The notes under the pieces are model-generated. The model had not been told where the DNA came from and ran no database searches. It worked only from the letters and a program-made list of their open reading frames with translations. The position numbers were made by a program, and so were the translations under genes. Shown here piece after piece: positions 11,001 to 24,378 of a stretch of 64,000 nucleotides of DNA. The DNA lies in the NCBI GenBank assembly GCA_039621445.1, contig CP154954.1:18710642-18774641 (forward strand), read 5' to 3'. How positions within the stretch are numbered: the first letter of the stretch is position 1; the number at the start of each line of letters is the position of its first letter. The stretch is from Euglena gracilis (Eukaryota).

Positions 11001-14000
11001 GACCCCCAAGTCCCCAGAGTCATCGCATGATGGATGGTCAAACCTCAGAGAAGTCTGAGCTGCCCCCTGGAGGATTGTTCCCGGTTGGGCGGGGTGTGGG
11101 CTGGGCCGGGGTCGGCATTGGTTTCGCTTTTAGCGCACACGAAATCGCACAGCACAACAGGTGCGCACGCACACGGGCGCAGAGACACAGACCCAGACCC
11201 AGGCGGGAAGGGGGGTTGGGGAGGAGGTGTGGTGACCAACCCGCATGGGGGCTCGATGATGCCAACCCACAAGTCTTCTGCTCTGTGATGCACATCTCAA
11301 CTTGGTCGATGCTACTGAGGCCCCTGGAACACCTGTTTGGTCGTGTTCCCGCACGACAGGTGATTTTTTTTTTCAAGGCTGATTGGGGCCCATCCTTTTC
11401 TGTTACAGCCTGCGCATTGGACGGGTGACGTTGCTGGCTGGAAAATGGGGGTTGAGAGGGCTGGCCGCGGGGTGTGGCTGCGTGGAATGGCGGCTGTTTT
11501 GGCCGCAGTCACTCCAGCGAGCAGGAGGCAGGGCCATGGGTGGTTGGCTCACCACCAACTGCGTGTTGGTGGTGAGATTTTTTCACGCAAAAAAAAGCAT
11601 ATTCATCCACACCCACAAACACTGTGTGGTTGTGGGTTGGTGTGGGGGGGGGGGGTGGCAGCCTTAATATCCTCCAGCACGCCAATCCGATGGTGCTGCT
11701 GGCCGGAAAATGGGGCGAGATTGTGACGTGGATGTTTACAGGAATGCAGAACAGCAATGGTGTCAACAAAGGGTGTCTACACGGGCCAAACTGGGTTTGG
11801 AGGGAGCCCAACCTGGGACGAAGGGTTGGGGGACGGGCAGTTGCTGAAGTGGTGTTGGCGGGGGCGGACGGATGGTGTCCTCCTGGCAGCGGTGATGACC
11901 CCCAAGTCCCCAGAGTCATCGCATGATGGATGGTCAAACCTCAGAGAAGTCTGAGCTGCCCCCTGGAGGATTGTTCCCGGTTGGGCGGGGTGTGGGCTGG
12001 GCCGGGGTCGGCATTGGTTTCGCTTTTAGCGCACACGAAATCGCACAGCACAACAGGTGCGCACGCACACGTGCGCAGAGACACAGACCCAGACCCAGGC
12101 GGGAAGGGGGGTTGGGGAGGAGGTGTGGTAACCAACCCGCATGGGGGCTCGATGATGCCAACCCACAAGTCTTCTGCTCTGTGATGCACATCTCAACTTG
12201 GTCGATGCTACTGAGGCCCCTGGAACACCTGTTTGGTCGTGTTCCCGCACGACAGGTGATTTTTTTTTTCAAGGCTGATTGGGGCCCATCCTTTTCTGTT
12301 ACAGCCTGCGCATTGGACGGGTGACGTTGCTGGCTGAAAAATGGGGGTTGAGAGGGCTGGCCGCGGGGTGTGGCTGCGTGGAATGGCGGCGGTCTTGGCA
12401 GCAGTCACTCTAGCGCCCAGGAGCCAGGCGCATGGATGGTTGTGTCACCACCCATTGCGTGTTGGTGGTGAAATTTTTTCACGCAAAAAAAGCATATTCA
12501 TCCACACCCACAAACACTGTGTGGTTGTGGGTTGGTGTGGGGGGGAGGGGTTGGCAGCCTTAATATCCTCCAGCACGCCAATCCGATGGTGCTGCTGGCC
12601 GGAAAATGGGGCGAGATTGTGACGTGGATGTTTACAGGAATGCAGAACAGCAATGGTGCCAACAAAGGGTAAAGGGTGTCTACACGGGCCAAACTGGGTT
12701 TGGAGGGAGCCCAACCTGGGACGAAGGGTTGGGGGACGGGCAGTTGCTGAAGAGGTGTTGGCGGGGGCGGACGGATGGTGTCCTCCTGGCAGCGGTGATG
12801 ACCCCCAAGTCCCCAGAGTCATCGCATGATGGATGGTCAAACCTCAGAGAAGTCTGATCTGCCCCCTGGGGGATTGTTTCCGGCGGTGTGGGGTGTGGGC
12901 TGGGCGGGGGTCGGCATTGGTTTCGCTTTTAGCGCACACGAAATCGCACAGCACAACAGGTGCGCACGCACACGGGCGCAGAGACACAGACCCAGACCCA
13001 GGCGGGAAGGGGGGTTGGGGAGGAGGTGTGGTAACCAACCCGCATGGGGGCTCGATGATGCCAACCCACAAGTCTTCTGCTCTGTGATGCACATCTCAAC
13101 TTGGTCGATGCTACTGAGGCCCCTGGAACACCTGTTTGGTCGTGTTCCCGCACGACAGGTGATTTTTTTTTTCAAGGTTGATTGGGGCCCATCCTTTTCT
13201 GTTACAGCCTGCGCATTGGACGGGTGACGTTGCTGGCTGGAAAATGGGGGTTGAGAGGGCTGGCCGCGGGGTGTGGCTGCGTGGAATGGCGGCTGTTTTG
13301 GCCGCAGTCACTCCAGCGAGCAGGAGGCAGGGCCATGGGTGGTTGGCTCACCACCAACTGCGTGTTGGTGGTGAGATTTTTTCACGCAAAAAAGCACATT
13401 CATCCACACCCACAAACACTGTGTGGTTGTGGGTTGGGTGGGGGGGGGGGGGGTGGCAGCTTTAATATCCTCCAGGCACGCCAATCCGATGGTGTGCTGC
13501 TGGCCGGAAAATGGGGCGAGATTGTGACGTGGATGTTTACATGAATGCAGCAGAACAGCAATGGTGCAACAAAGGGTGTCACACGGGCCAAACTGGGTTT
13601 GGAGGGAGCCCAACACTGGGACGAAGGGTTGGGGGGACGGGCAGTTGCTGAAGTGGTGTTGGCGGGGGCGGACGGATGGTGCCTCCTGGCAGCGGTGATG
13701 ACCCCCAAGTCCCCAGAGTCAGACGTAATCGCATGATGGATGTTCAAACCTCAAAGAAGTCTGACCTCCCCCCCGGAGACTTGTTCCCGGTTGGGTGGGG
13801 TGTGGGGGCTGGGCCGGGGGCGGTCGGCATTGGTTTCGCTTTTAGCGCACACGAAATCGCACAGCACAACAGGTGCGCACGCACACGTGCGCAGAGACAC
13901 AGACCCAGACCCAGGCGGGAAGGGGGGTTGGGGAGGAGGTGTGGTAACCAACCCGCATGGGGGCTCGATGATGCCAACCCACAAGTCTTCTGCTCTGTGA

Positions 14001-17000
14001 TGCACATCTCAACTTGGTCGATGCTACTGAGGCCCCTGGAACACCTGTTTGGTCGTGTTCCCGCACGACAGGTGACTTTTTTTTCAAGGCGGATGGGGGC
14101 CAATCCTTTTTCTGTTACAGCCTGCGCATTGGACGGGTGACGTTGCTGGCTGGAAAATGGGGGTTGAGAGGGCTGGCCGCGGGGTGTGGCTGCGTGGAAT
14201 GGCGGCTGTTTTGGCCGCAGTCACTCCAGCGAGCAGGAGGCAGGGCCATGGGTGGTTGGCTCACCACCAACTGCGTGTTGGTGGTGAGATTTTTTCACGC
14301 AAAAAAAGCATATTCATCCACACCCACAAACACTGTGTGGTTGTGGGTTGATGTGGAGGGGGAAGCGGGTGAGGGGTTGGCAGCCTTAATATCCTCCAGC
14401 ACGCCAATCCGATGGTGCTGCTGGCCGGAAAATGGGGCGAGATTGTGACGTGGATGTTTACAGGAATGCAGAACAGCAATGGTGTCAACAAAGGGTGTCT
14501 ACACGGGCCAAACTGGGTTTGGAGGGAGCCCAACCTGGGACGAAGGGTTGGGGGACGGGCAGTTGCTGAAGAGGTGTTGGCGGGGCGGACGGATGGTGTC
14601 CTCCTGGCAGCGGTGATGACCCCCAAGTCCCCAGAGTCATCGCATGATGGATGGTCAAACCTCAGAGAAGTCTGAGCTGCCCCCTGGAATTGTTCCCGGT
14701 TGGGCGGGGTGTGGGCTGGGCCGGGGTCGGCATTGGTTTCGCTTTTAGCGCACACGAAATCGCACAGCACAACAGGTGCGCACGCACACGGGCGCAGAGA
14801 CACAGACCCAGACCCAGGCGGGAAGGGGGGTTGGGGAGGAGGTGTGGTGACCAACCCGCATGGGGGCTCGATGATGCCAACCCACAAGTCTTCTGCTCTG
14901 TGATGCACATCTCAACTTGGTCGATGCTACTGAGGCCCCTGGAACACCTGTTTGGTCGTGTTCCCGCACGACAGGTGATTTTTTTTTTCAAGGCTGATTG
15001 GGGCCCATCCTTTTCTGTTACAGCCTGCGCATTGGACGGGTGACGTTGCTGGCTGGAAAATGGGGGTTGAGAGGGCTGGCCGCGGGGTGTGGCTGCGTGG
15101 AATGGCGGCTGTTTTGGCCGCAGTCACTCCAGCGAGCAGGAGGCAGGGCCATGGGTGGTTGGCTCACCACCAACTGCGTGTTGGTGGTGAGATTTTTTCA
15201 CGCAAAAAACCACGTTCATCCACACCCACAAACACTGTGTGGTTGTGGGTTGGTGTGTGGGGGGGTTGGCAGCCTTAATATCCTCCAGCACGCCAATCCG
15301 ATGGTGCTGCTGGCCGGAAAATGGGGCGAGATTGTGACGTGGATGTTTACAGGAATGCAGAACAGCAATGGTGTCAACAAAGGGTGTCTACACGGGCCAA
15401 ACTGGGTTTGGAGGGAGCCCAACCTGGGACGAAGGGTTGGGGGATGGGCAGTTGCTGAAGAGGTGTTGGCGGGGGCGGACGGATGGTGTCCTCCTGGCAG
15501 CGGTGATGACCCCCAAGTCCCCAGAGTCATCGCATGATGGATGGTCAAACCTCAGAGAAGTCTGAGCTGCCCCCCCGGAGGATTGTTCCCGGTTGGGTGG
15601 GGTGTGGGCTGGGCCGGGGTCGGCATTGGTTTCGCTTTTAGCGCACACGAAATCGCACAGCACAACAGGTGCGCACGCACACGGGCGCAGAGACACAGAC
15701 CCAGACCCAGGCGGGAAGGGGGGTTGGGGAGGAGGTGTGGTGACCAACCCGCATGGGGGCTCGATGATGCCAACCCACAAGTCTTCTGCTCTGTGATGCA
15801 CATCTCAACTTGGTCGATGCTACTGAGGCCCCTGGAACACCTGTTTGGTCGTGTTCCCGCACGACAGGTGATTTTTTTTTCAAGGCTGATTGGGGCCCAT
15901 CCTTTCTGTTACAGCCTGCGCATTGGACGGGTGACGTTGCTGGCTGGAAAATGGGGGTTGAGAGGGCTGGCCGTGGGGTGTGGCTGCGTGGAATGGCGGC
16001 TGTTTTGGCCGCAGTCACTCCAGCGAGCAGGAGGCAGGGCCATGGGTGGTTGGCTCACCACCAACTGCGTGTTGGTGGTGAGATTTTTTCACGCAAAAAA
16101 AAGCATATTCATCCACACCCACAAACACTGTGTGGTTGTGGGTTGGTGTGGGGGGGGGGGTGGCAGCCTTAATATCCTCCAGCACGCCAATCCGATGGTG
16201 CTGCTGGCCGGAAAATGGGGCGAGATTGTGACGTGGATGTTTACAGGAATGCAGAACAGCAATGGTGTCAACAAAGGGTGTCTACACGGGCCAAACTGGG
16301 TTTGGAGGGAGCCCAACCTGGGACGAAGGGTTGGGGGACGGGCAGTTGCTGAAGTGGTGTTGGCGGGGGCGGACGGATGGTGTCCTCCTGGCAGCGGTGA
16401 TGACCCCCAAGTCCCCAGAGTCATCGCATGATGGATGGTCAAACCTCAGAGAAGTCTGAGCTGCCCCCTGGAGGATTGTTCCCGGTTGGGTGGGGTGTGG
16501 GCTGGGCCGGGGTCGGCATTGGTTTCGCTTTTAGCGCACACGAAATCGCACAGCACAACAGGTGCGCACGCACACGGGCGCAGAGACACAGACCCAGACC
16601 CAGGCGGGAAGGGGGGTTGGGGAGGAGGTGTGGTAACCAACCCGCATGGGGGCTCGATGATGCCAACCCACAAGTCTTCTGCTCTGTGATGCACATCTCA
16701 ACTTGGTCGATGCTACTGAGGCCCCTGGAACACCTGTTTGGTCGTGTTCCCGCACGACAGGTGATTTTTTTTTCAAGGCTGATTGGGGCCCATCCTTTTC
16801 TGTTACAGCCTGCGCATTGGACGGGTGACGTTGCTGGCTGGAAAATGGGGGTTGAGAGGGCTGGCCGCGGGGTGTGGCTGCGTGGAATGGCGGCTGTTTT
16901 GGCCGCAGTCACTCCAGCGAGCAGGAGGCAGGGCCATGGGTGGTTGGCTCACCACCAACTGCGTGTTGGTGGTGAGATTTTTTCACGCAAAAAAAGCATA

Positions 17001-20000
17001 TTCATCCAGACCACAAACACTGTGTGGTTGTGGGTTGGTGTGGGGGGGAGGGGTTGGCAGCCTTAATATCCTCCAGCACGCCAATCCGATGGTGCTGCTG
17101 GCCGGAAAATGGGGCGAGATTGTGACGTGGATGTTTACAGGAATGCAGAACAGCAATGGTGTCAACAAAGGGTGTCTACACGGGCCAAACTGGGTTTGGA
17201 GGGAGCCCAACCTGGGACGAAGGGTTGGGGGACGGGCAGTTGCTGAAGAGGTGTTGGCAGGGGCGGACGGATGGTGTCCTCCTGGCAGCGGTGATGACCC
17301 CCAAGTCCCCAGAGTCATCGCATGATGGATGGTCAAACCTCAGAGAAGTCTGAGCTGCCCCCTGGAAGGATTGTTCCCGGTTGGGCGGGGTGTGGGCTGG
17401 GCCGGGGTCGGCATTGGTTTCGCTTTTAGCGCACACGAAATCGCACAGCACAACAGGTGCGCACGCACACGGGCGCAGAGACACAGACCCAGACCCAGGC
17501 GGGAAGGGGGGTTGGGGAGGAGGTGTGGTAACCAACCCGCATGGGGGCTCGATGATGCCAACCCACAAGTCTTCTGCTCTGTGATGCACATCTCAACTTG
17601 GTCGATGCTACTGAGGCCCCTGGAACACCTGTTTGGTCGTGTTCCCGCACGACAGGTGATTTTTTTTTCAAGGCTGATTGGGGCCCATCCTTTTCTGTTA
17701 CAGCCTGCGCATTGGACGGGTGACGTTGCTGGCTGGAAAATGGGGGTTGAGAGGGCTGGCCGCGGGGTGTGGCTGCGTGGAATGGCGGCTGTTTTGGCCG
17801 CAGTCACTCCAGCGAGCAGGAGGCAGGGCCATGGGTGGTTGGCTCACCACCAACTGCGTGTTGGTGGTGAGATTTTTTCACGCAAAAAAGCATATTCATC
17901 CACCCCACAAACACTGTGTGGTTGTGGGTTGGTGTGGGGGGGAGGGGTTGGCAGCCTTAATATCCTCCAGCACGCCAATCCGATGGTGCTGCTGGCCGGA
18001 AAATGGGGCGAGATTGTGACGTGGATGTTTACAGGAATGCAGAACAGCAATGGTGTCAACAAAGGGTGTCTACACGGGCCAAACTGGGTTTGGAGGGAGC
18101 CCAACCTGGGACGAAGGGTTGGGGGACGGGCAGTTGCTGAAGAGGTGTTGGCAGGGGCGGACGGATGGTGTCCTCCTGGCAGCGGTGATGACCCCCAAGT
18201 CCCCAGAGTCATCGCATGATGGATGGTCAAACCTCAGAGAAGTCTGAGCTGCCCCCTGGAAGATTGTTCCCGGTTGGGCGGGGTGTGGGCTGGGCCGGGG
18301 TCGGCATTGGTTTCGCTTTTAGCGCACACGAAATCGCACAGCACAACAGGTGCGCACGCACACGGGCGCAGAGACACAGACCCAGACCCAGGCGGGAAGG
18401 GGGGTTGGGGAGGAGGTGTGGTAACCAACCCGCATGGGGGCTCGATGATGCCAACCCACAAGTCTTCTGCTCTGTGATGCACATCTCAACTTGGTCGATG
18501 CTACTGAGGCCCCTGGAACACCTGTTTGGTCGTGTTCCCGCACGACAGGTGCTTTTTTTTTTCAAGGCTGATTGGGGCCCATCCTTTTCTGTTACAGCCT
18601 GCGCATTGGACGGGTGACGTTGCTGGCTGGAAAATGGGGGTTGAGAGGGCTGGCCGCGGGGTGTGGCTGCGTGGAATGGCGGCTGTTTTGGCCGCAGTCA
18701 CTCCAGCGAGCAGGAGGCAGGGCCATGGGTGGTTGGCTCACCACCAACTGCGTGTTGGTGGTGAGATTTTTTCACGCAAAAAAAAGCATATTCATCCACC
18801 CCACAAACACTGTGTGGTTGTGGGTTGGTGTGGGGGGGGGGGGGTGGCAGCCTTAATATCCTCCAGCACGCCAATCCGATGGTGCTGCTGGCCGGAAAAT
18901 GGGGCGAGATTGTGACGTGGATGTTTACAGGAATGCAGAACAGCAATGGTGTCAACAAAGGGTGTCTACACGGGCCAAACTGGGTTTGGAGGGAGCCCAA
19001 CCTGGGACGAAGGGTTGGGGGACGGGCAGTTGCTGAAGAGGTGTTGGCAGGGGCGGACGGATGGTGTCCTCCTGGCAGCGGTGATGACCCCCAAGTCCCC
19101 AGAGTCATCGCATGATGGATGGTCAAACCTCAGAGAAGTCTGAGCTGCCCCCTGGAAGATTGTTCCCGGTTGGGCGGGGTGTGGGCTGGGCCGGGGTCGG
19201 CATTGGTTTCGCTTTTAGCGCACACGAAATCGCACAGCACAACAGGTGCGCACGCACACGGGCGCAGAGACACAGACCCAGACCCAGGCGGGAAGGGGGG
19301 TTGGGGAGGAGGTGTGGTAACCAACCCGCATGGGGGCTCGATGATGCCAACCCACAAGTCTTCTGCTCTGTGATGCACATCTCAACTTGGTCGATGCTAC
19401 TGAGGCCCCTGGAACACCTGTTTGGTCGTGTTCCCGCACGACAGGTGCAAGGCTGATTGGGGCCCATCCTTTTCTGTTACAGCCTGCGCATTGGACGGGT
19501 GACGTTGCTGGCTGGAAAATGGGGGTTGAGAGGGCTGGCCGCGGGGTGTGGCTGCGTGGAATGGCGGCTGTTTTGGCCGCAGTCACTCCAGCGAGCAGGA
19601 GGCAGGGCCATGGGTGGTTGGCTCACCACCAACTGCGTGTTGGTGGTGAGATTTTTTCACGCAAAAAAAAGCATATTCATCCACCCCACAAACACTGTGT
19701 GGTTGTGGGTTGGTGTGGGGGGGGGGGTGGCAGCCTTAATATCCTCCAGCACGCCAATCCGATGGTGCTGCTGGCCGGAAAATGGGGCGAGATTGTGACG
19801 TGGATGTTTACAGGAATGCAGAACAGCAATGGTGTCAACAAAGGGTGTCTACACGGGCCAAACTGGGTTTGGAGGGAGCCCAACCTGGGACGAAGGGGTG
19901 GGGGAGGTGCAGTTTCTGAAGAGGTGTTGGCGGGGTCGGACTGATGGTGTCCTCCTGGCAGCGGTGATGACCCCCAAGTCCCCAGAGTCATCGCATGATG

Positions 20001-22353
20001 GATGGTCAAACCTCAGAGAAGTCTGAGCTGCCCCCTGGAAGATTGTTCCCGGTTGGGCGGGGTGTGGGCTGGGCCGGGGTCGGCATTGGTTTCGCTTTTA
20101 GCGCACACGAAATCGCACAGCACAACAGGTGCGCACGCACACGGGCGCAGAGACACAGACCCAGACCCAGGCGGGAAGGGGGGTTGGGGAGGAGGTGTGG
20201 TAACCAACCCGCATGGGGGCTCGATGATGCCAACCCACAAGTCTTCTGCTCTGTGATGCACATCTCAACTTGGTCGATGCTACTGAGGCCCCTGGAACAC
20301 CTGTTTGGTCGTGTTCCCGCACGACAGGTGCTTTTTTTTTTCAAGGCTGATTGGGGCCCATCCTTTCTGTTACAGCCTGCGCATTGGACGGGTGACGTTG
20401 CTGGCTGGAAAATGGGGGTTGAGAGGGCTGGCCGCGGGGTGTGGCTGCGTGGAATGGCGGCTGTTTTGGCCGCAGTCACTCCAGCGAGCAGGAGGCAGGG
20501 CCATGGGTGGTTGGCTCACCACCAACTGCGTGTTGGTGGTGAGATTTTTTCACGCAAAAAAAGCATATTCATCCACCCCACAAACACTGTGTGGTTGTGG
20601 GTTGGTGTGGGGGGGGGGGGTGGCAGCCTTAATATCCTCCAGCACGCCAATCCGATGGTGCTGCTGGCCGGAAAATGGGGCGAGATTGTGACGTGGATGT
20701 TTACAGGAATGCAGAACAGCAATGGTGCCAACAACAGGGTGTCACACGGGCCAAACTGGGTTTGGAGGGAGCCCAACCTGGGACGAAGGGTTGGGGGACG
20801 GGCAGTTGCTGAAGAGGTGTTGGCGGGGGCGGACGGATGGTGTCCTCCTGGCAGCGGTGATGACCCCCAAGTCCCCAGAGTCATCGCATGATGGATGGTC
20901 AAACCTCAGAGAAGTCTGAGCTGCCCCCTGGAAGATTGTTCCCGGTTGGGCGGGGTGTGGGCTGGGCCGGGGTCGGCATTGGTTTCGCTTTTAGCGCACA
21001 CGAAATCGCACAGCACAACAGGTGCGCACGCACACGGGCGCAGAGACACAGACCCAGACCCAGGCGGGAAGGGGGGTTGGGGAGGAGGTGTGGTAACCAA
21101 CCCGCATGGGGGCTCGATGATGCCAACCCACAAGTCTTCTGCTCTGTGATGCACATCTCAACTTGGTCGATGCTACTGAGGCCCCTGGAACACCTGTTTG
21201 GTCGTGTTCCCGCACGACAGGTGATTTTTTTTTTCAAGGCTGATTGGGGCCCATCCTTTTCTGTTACAGCCTGCGCATTGGACGGGTGACGTTGCTGGCT
21301 GGAAAATGGGGGTTGAGAGGGCTGGCCGCGGGGTGTGGCTGCGTGGAATGGCGGCTGTTTTGGCCGCAGTCACTCCAGCGAGCAGGAGGCAGGGCCATGG
21401 GTGGTTGGCTCACCACCAACTGCGTGTTGGTGGTGAGATTTTTTCACGCAAAAAAAGCATATTCATCCACACCCACAAACACTGTGTGGTTGTGGGTTGG
21501 TGTGGAGGTGGGGTTGTAGGTCTATGTTTGTGGTTGTGCTGTAATTTTAGTAGTTGTTCTTCTGTTTTTTTTGTTTATTTGGGGGGTTGGGGCGGGGGTG
21601 GGGGGGGACTGGGGAGTGGCAGCTTTAATATCCTCCAGCACGCCAATCCGATGGTGCTGCTGGCCGGAAAATGGGGCGAGATTGTGACGTGGATGTTTAC
21701 ATGAATGCAGAACAGCAATGGTGTCAACAAAGGGTGTCCACACGGGCCAAACTGGGTTTGGAGGGAGCCCAACCTGGGACGAAGGGTTGGGGGACGGGCA
21801 GTTGCTGAAGTGGTGTTGGCGGGGGCGGACGGATGGTGTCCTCCTGGCAGCGGTGAGGACCCCCAAGTCCCCAGAGTCATCGCATGATGGATGGTCAAAC
21901 CTCAGAGAAGTCTGAGCTGCCCCTCCGGAGGATTGTTCCCGGTTGGGTGGGGTGTGGGCTGGGCCGGGGTCGGCATTGGTTTCGCTTTTAGCGCACACGA
22001 AATCGCACAGCACAACAGGTGCGCACGCACACAGGCGCAGAGACACAGACCTGGAGGTGTTGGAGGAGGAGATGGTGACCGTGTTGCCAGCGTGCTTGTT
22101 CCCTTGGAACACCTGTCCGTTCATGCCGCCAGACATGAAGTTTATTGCAATTTTTTTGTGATCCACCCATTTCTATTGAAGCCTGCGCATTGGACGTTAT
22201 GCTTGATGAACCTTTGTGCTGTCATTATTATTTCTTTGGGGGTTAGCTTTGGTTGCTTTGGTTGCATTCGGTTGCTTTCAGTCAGCATTAATTATTTTAT
22301 ATTTCGCACCCCGCTTGGTGCGGGTCATGCATCTCTGCCATGGGTGGCCGCAG

Positions 22354-22493
22354 GTGGTGGACCGGTGCATCCTGTCCATGGTCAACGAGGCGGCCCGCAT
22401 CTTGGAGGAGAAGATCGCGGAGTGCCCTGAGGACGTGGACCTGGGGATGGTGTTTGGCACCGGCTTCGCCCCGTTCCGGGGAGGCCTCCTGAG
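22354..22493 (+). CDS. HADHA: Trifunctional enzyme alpha subunit exon
   Basis: VVDRCILSMVNEAARILEEKIAECPEDVDLGMVFGTGFAPFRGGLL; AG/GT borders; ends in phase 2. Confidence 0.92.
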
Positions 22494-22917
22494 GTGGCCC
22501 CCATCCATTCCCTGTGACCCCTTATATCGAACCCTTCCCACAACTCACCCTTTTTCCAGTCATCTTGCAAAAAAAAACTGCCAATTTTTTCCGGGCCGTT
22601 TTCAGATTTGGCAATTTTTCGGTTTCCAATTCTGTCGGTTCTAATTTTATCTAGCCCCAATTCCCCCCCCCCCAGTAAAAGGTCAGCAAGCACATTTTTT
22701 GAGTTTTGGGAGGATGGGCGATGGTCAGAAATCATTTTCCCCCATTTTTGCCAAAGTATGCCAATTTGCGGCCGGTTTTCTTGTGGATTTTGCATTTATT
22801 ATGCTGGGACGGAATTTTTTTCCCACTGAGGACCAACCTGGTGGGGGGGATCCCCACCCTAAAAAAGAATCCCTGATGGAGAAGCCCGGGGATGAGAGCA
22901 TGCACCGCCCCTCACAG

Positions 22918-23017
22918 CTATGCAGACAACCGGGGAATCCCAGAGATCGTTTCAGCGCTTCGAAAGCTGACTGAGAAGCATGGCGACCGCTTTACGCCGG
23001 CCCCGTTGCTGGTGCAG
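22918..23017 (+). CDS. HADHA: Trifunctional enzyme alpha subunit exon
   Basis: cag|C TAT.. completes Ser, then YADNRGIPEIVSALRKLTEKHGDRFTPAPLLVQ|gt; phases consistent. Confidence 0.92.
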
Positions 23018-23231
23018 GTGTCTGTGATGTGGAAAACAAGATCCTTTTTATCGTAATTTGAGGTGTAATGAAATTCTTTTGGGGTAAAAAAAAACTTGCC
23101 TCCAAAGTCAATCAGGTTCGATCGACAAGTTTTCACAGGTATCTTCACCCCCCCCCCCTGGCCGGCCGGCTCCCGAATGGAAATTTTCACTGTTAGGTTT
23201 CAAGGTCAGGGGGTGAGGGCTGTGCGGGAAT

Positions 23232-23670
23232 CAGGCATTTGCTCAAGGGATTGCAGTCCCCCCGGGGGGGGGGGGGGTGGACTGCAGCTAGTCCAAATTT
23301 GGCTAGTGGGATTTCTAGCAGACCCCCCCGGGGGGGTCTGCTAGCAGGCTAGCTAGTGGAAAATTTTTTTTCAGTGACCGGCGCAAAGCGCTGAAATTTT
23401 TTGGGGACCCCCAAAAATGGCCAAAAATGCCCGTTTTTGGCCATTTTTGTGAATTTTTGGAACAAAATCAGCCAAAAACCTATTAAAAGCCTCATTTTTC
23501 CTCTGGCGCTGCGCTGCGCTGCGCGCCAGAGGAAAAAAAAATTCCAGTTCGGGGGGGACCCCCGACCCCCCCCCCCCCCGGGGAGGGGGGTCTAGCTAGT
23601 CCACTTTTTCCAGTGTCTAGCCGATTGGCTAGCCAGTACCCCCCCCCCGGGGTCCTTGAGCAAAAGCCTG
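23232..23670. mobile_element. hAT-like MITE
   Basis: TIR CAGGC(A/T)TTTGCTCAAGG; perfect 8-bp TSD GCGGGAAT. Related ends at 27297 and 57750. Confidence 0.88.
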
Positions 23671-24336
23671 GCGGGAATCCCCGAACCCTATGGGTCTTAT
23701 GAGTGGTGGGAGGGGTCTGACCCCCCACCAGGCTTTCCCATGCAGCCCTGGGTGAGGGAGTCGACCCCCCCCCATATTTTTGGAGTATTGTCTGGTGGAT
23801 CAATTAGCCAGTGATATTTCCCAGTTCAAAATTTTCCCAAAATTTTGTTTCCCCTATTTTTTGTTCGTCGCAATTTTTGTCAGCATTTAAGAACTGCATT
23901 TGACCAATTGATGTGAAATTGGTCCAAAAATGCGAAGTATGTGGCCGGAAAAACGAAAGGCAAAATGTGCAAAAAAGAAAGCGAACAATACGACGTTCAC
24001 AAACTTTTCATCATGAGAAAAATGCAAATTATGCAAGAAAGCAAAGCAAAGCAAAGCAAAGCTAAAAATTGTTGGATTATTCAAATAATGAATGACCCTC
24101 CCCCCTGTTGAACAGGTGACAGAAAGAAGAGGCATCAACTGACTAGGTCTGTAGGTGGTTAACTGACCATTTTTCATTTCTTTGTACGCAACAATAACAA
24201 CATTTTGCTTTGAAAATTGTTTTGTGACCAGTAAATGCTGTCTATGCATGTATGGGTAAGCACCATCAATTATATTGTGCTGATTTTGGGGTCGGTCGAA
24301 AAAGCAGTTGCCTATTGGGTCGGTTTGCTTTCTCAG

Positions 24337-24378
24337 ATGGCGGAGAACAAGAAGGTCTTCTTCCCACACCGGCCTCGT
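24337..24378 (+). CDS. HADHA: Trifunctional enzyme alpha subunit exon (3' boundary uncertain)
   Basis: tttctcag|ATG GCG GAG.. MAENKKVFFPHRPR continues ..LLVQ in phase 0. Confidence 0.7.

Larger units (their letters stand above)
606..22200 (+). repeat. Tandem array of 20 near-identical ~895-bp units (last one degenerate) encoding a snoRNA cluster
   Basis: Unit marker GGCAGC(G/A)GTGA(T/G)GACCCCC starts at 792, 1689, 2584, 6482, 8303, 9200, 10092, 10989, 11885, 12788, 13688, 14606, 15496, 16390, 17284, 18178, 19074, 19957, 20850, 21846; interrupted by two insertions. Confidence 0.97.
459..22353 (+). other. 21.9-kb GT-AG intron hosting the snoRNA tandem array
   Basis: GT at 459, CAG at 22351-22353; joining gives in-frame ..KFNYGE|VVDRCILSMVNEAARIL.., continuous 3HCDH sequence. 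Confidence 0.8.

Noticed and set aside
606-22200. CRISPR array, rDNA, 5S or spliced-leader repeat
   Set aside because: Whole units are near-identical with no unique spacers; no rRNA, 5S or SL exon sequence recognised; no cas genes.
590-22430. Dozens of repeated 60-320 aa ORFs in the 895-bp array (e.g. MMDGQTSEK..)
   Set aside because: They occur in all frames, shift with homopolymer length between copies, have no recognisable domain, and lie in an intron over RNA-structured sequence.
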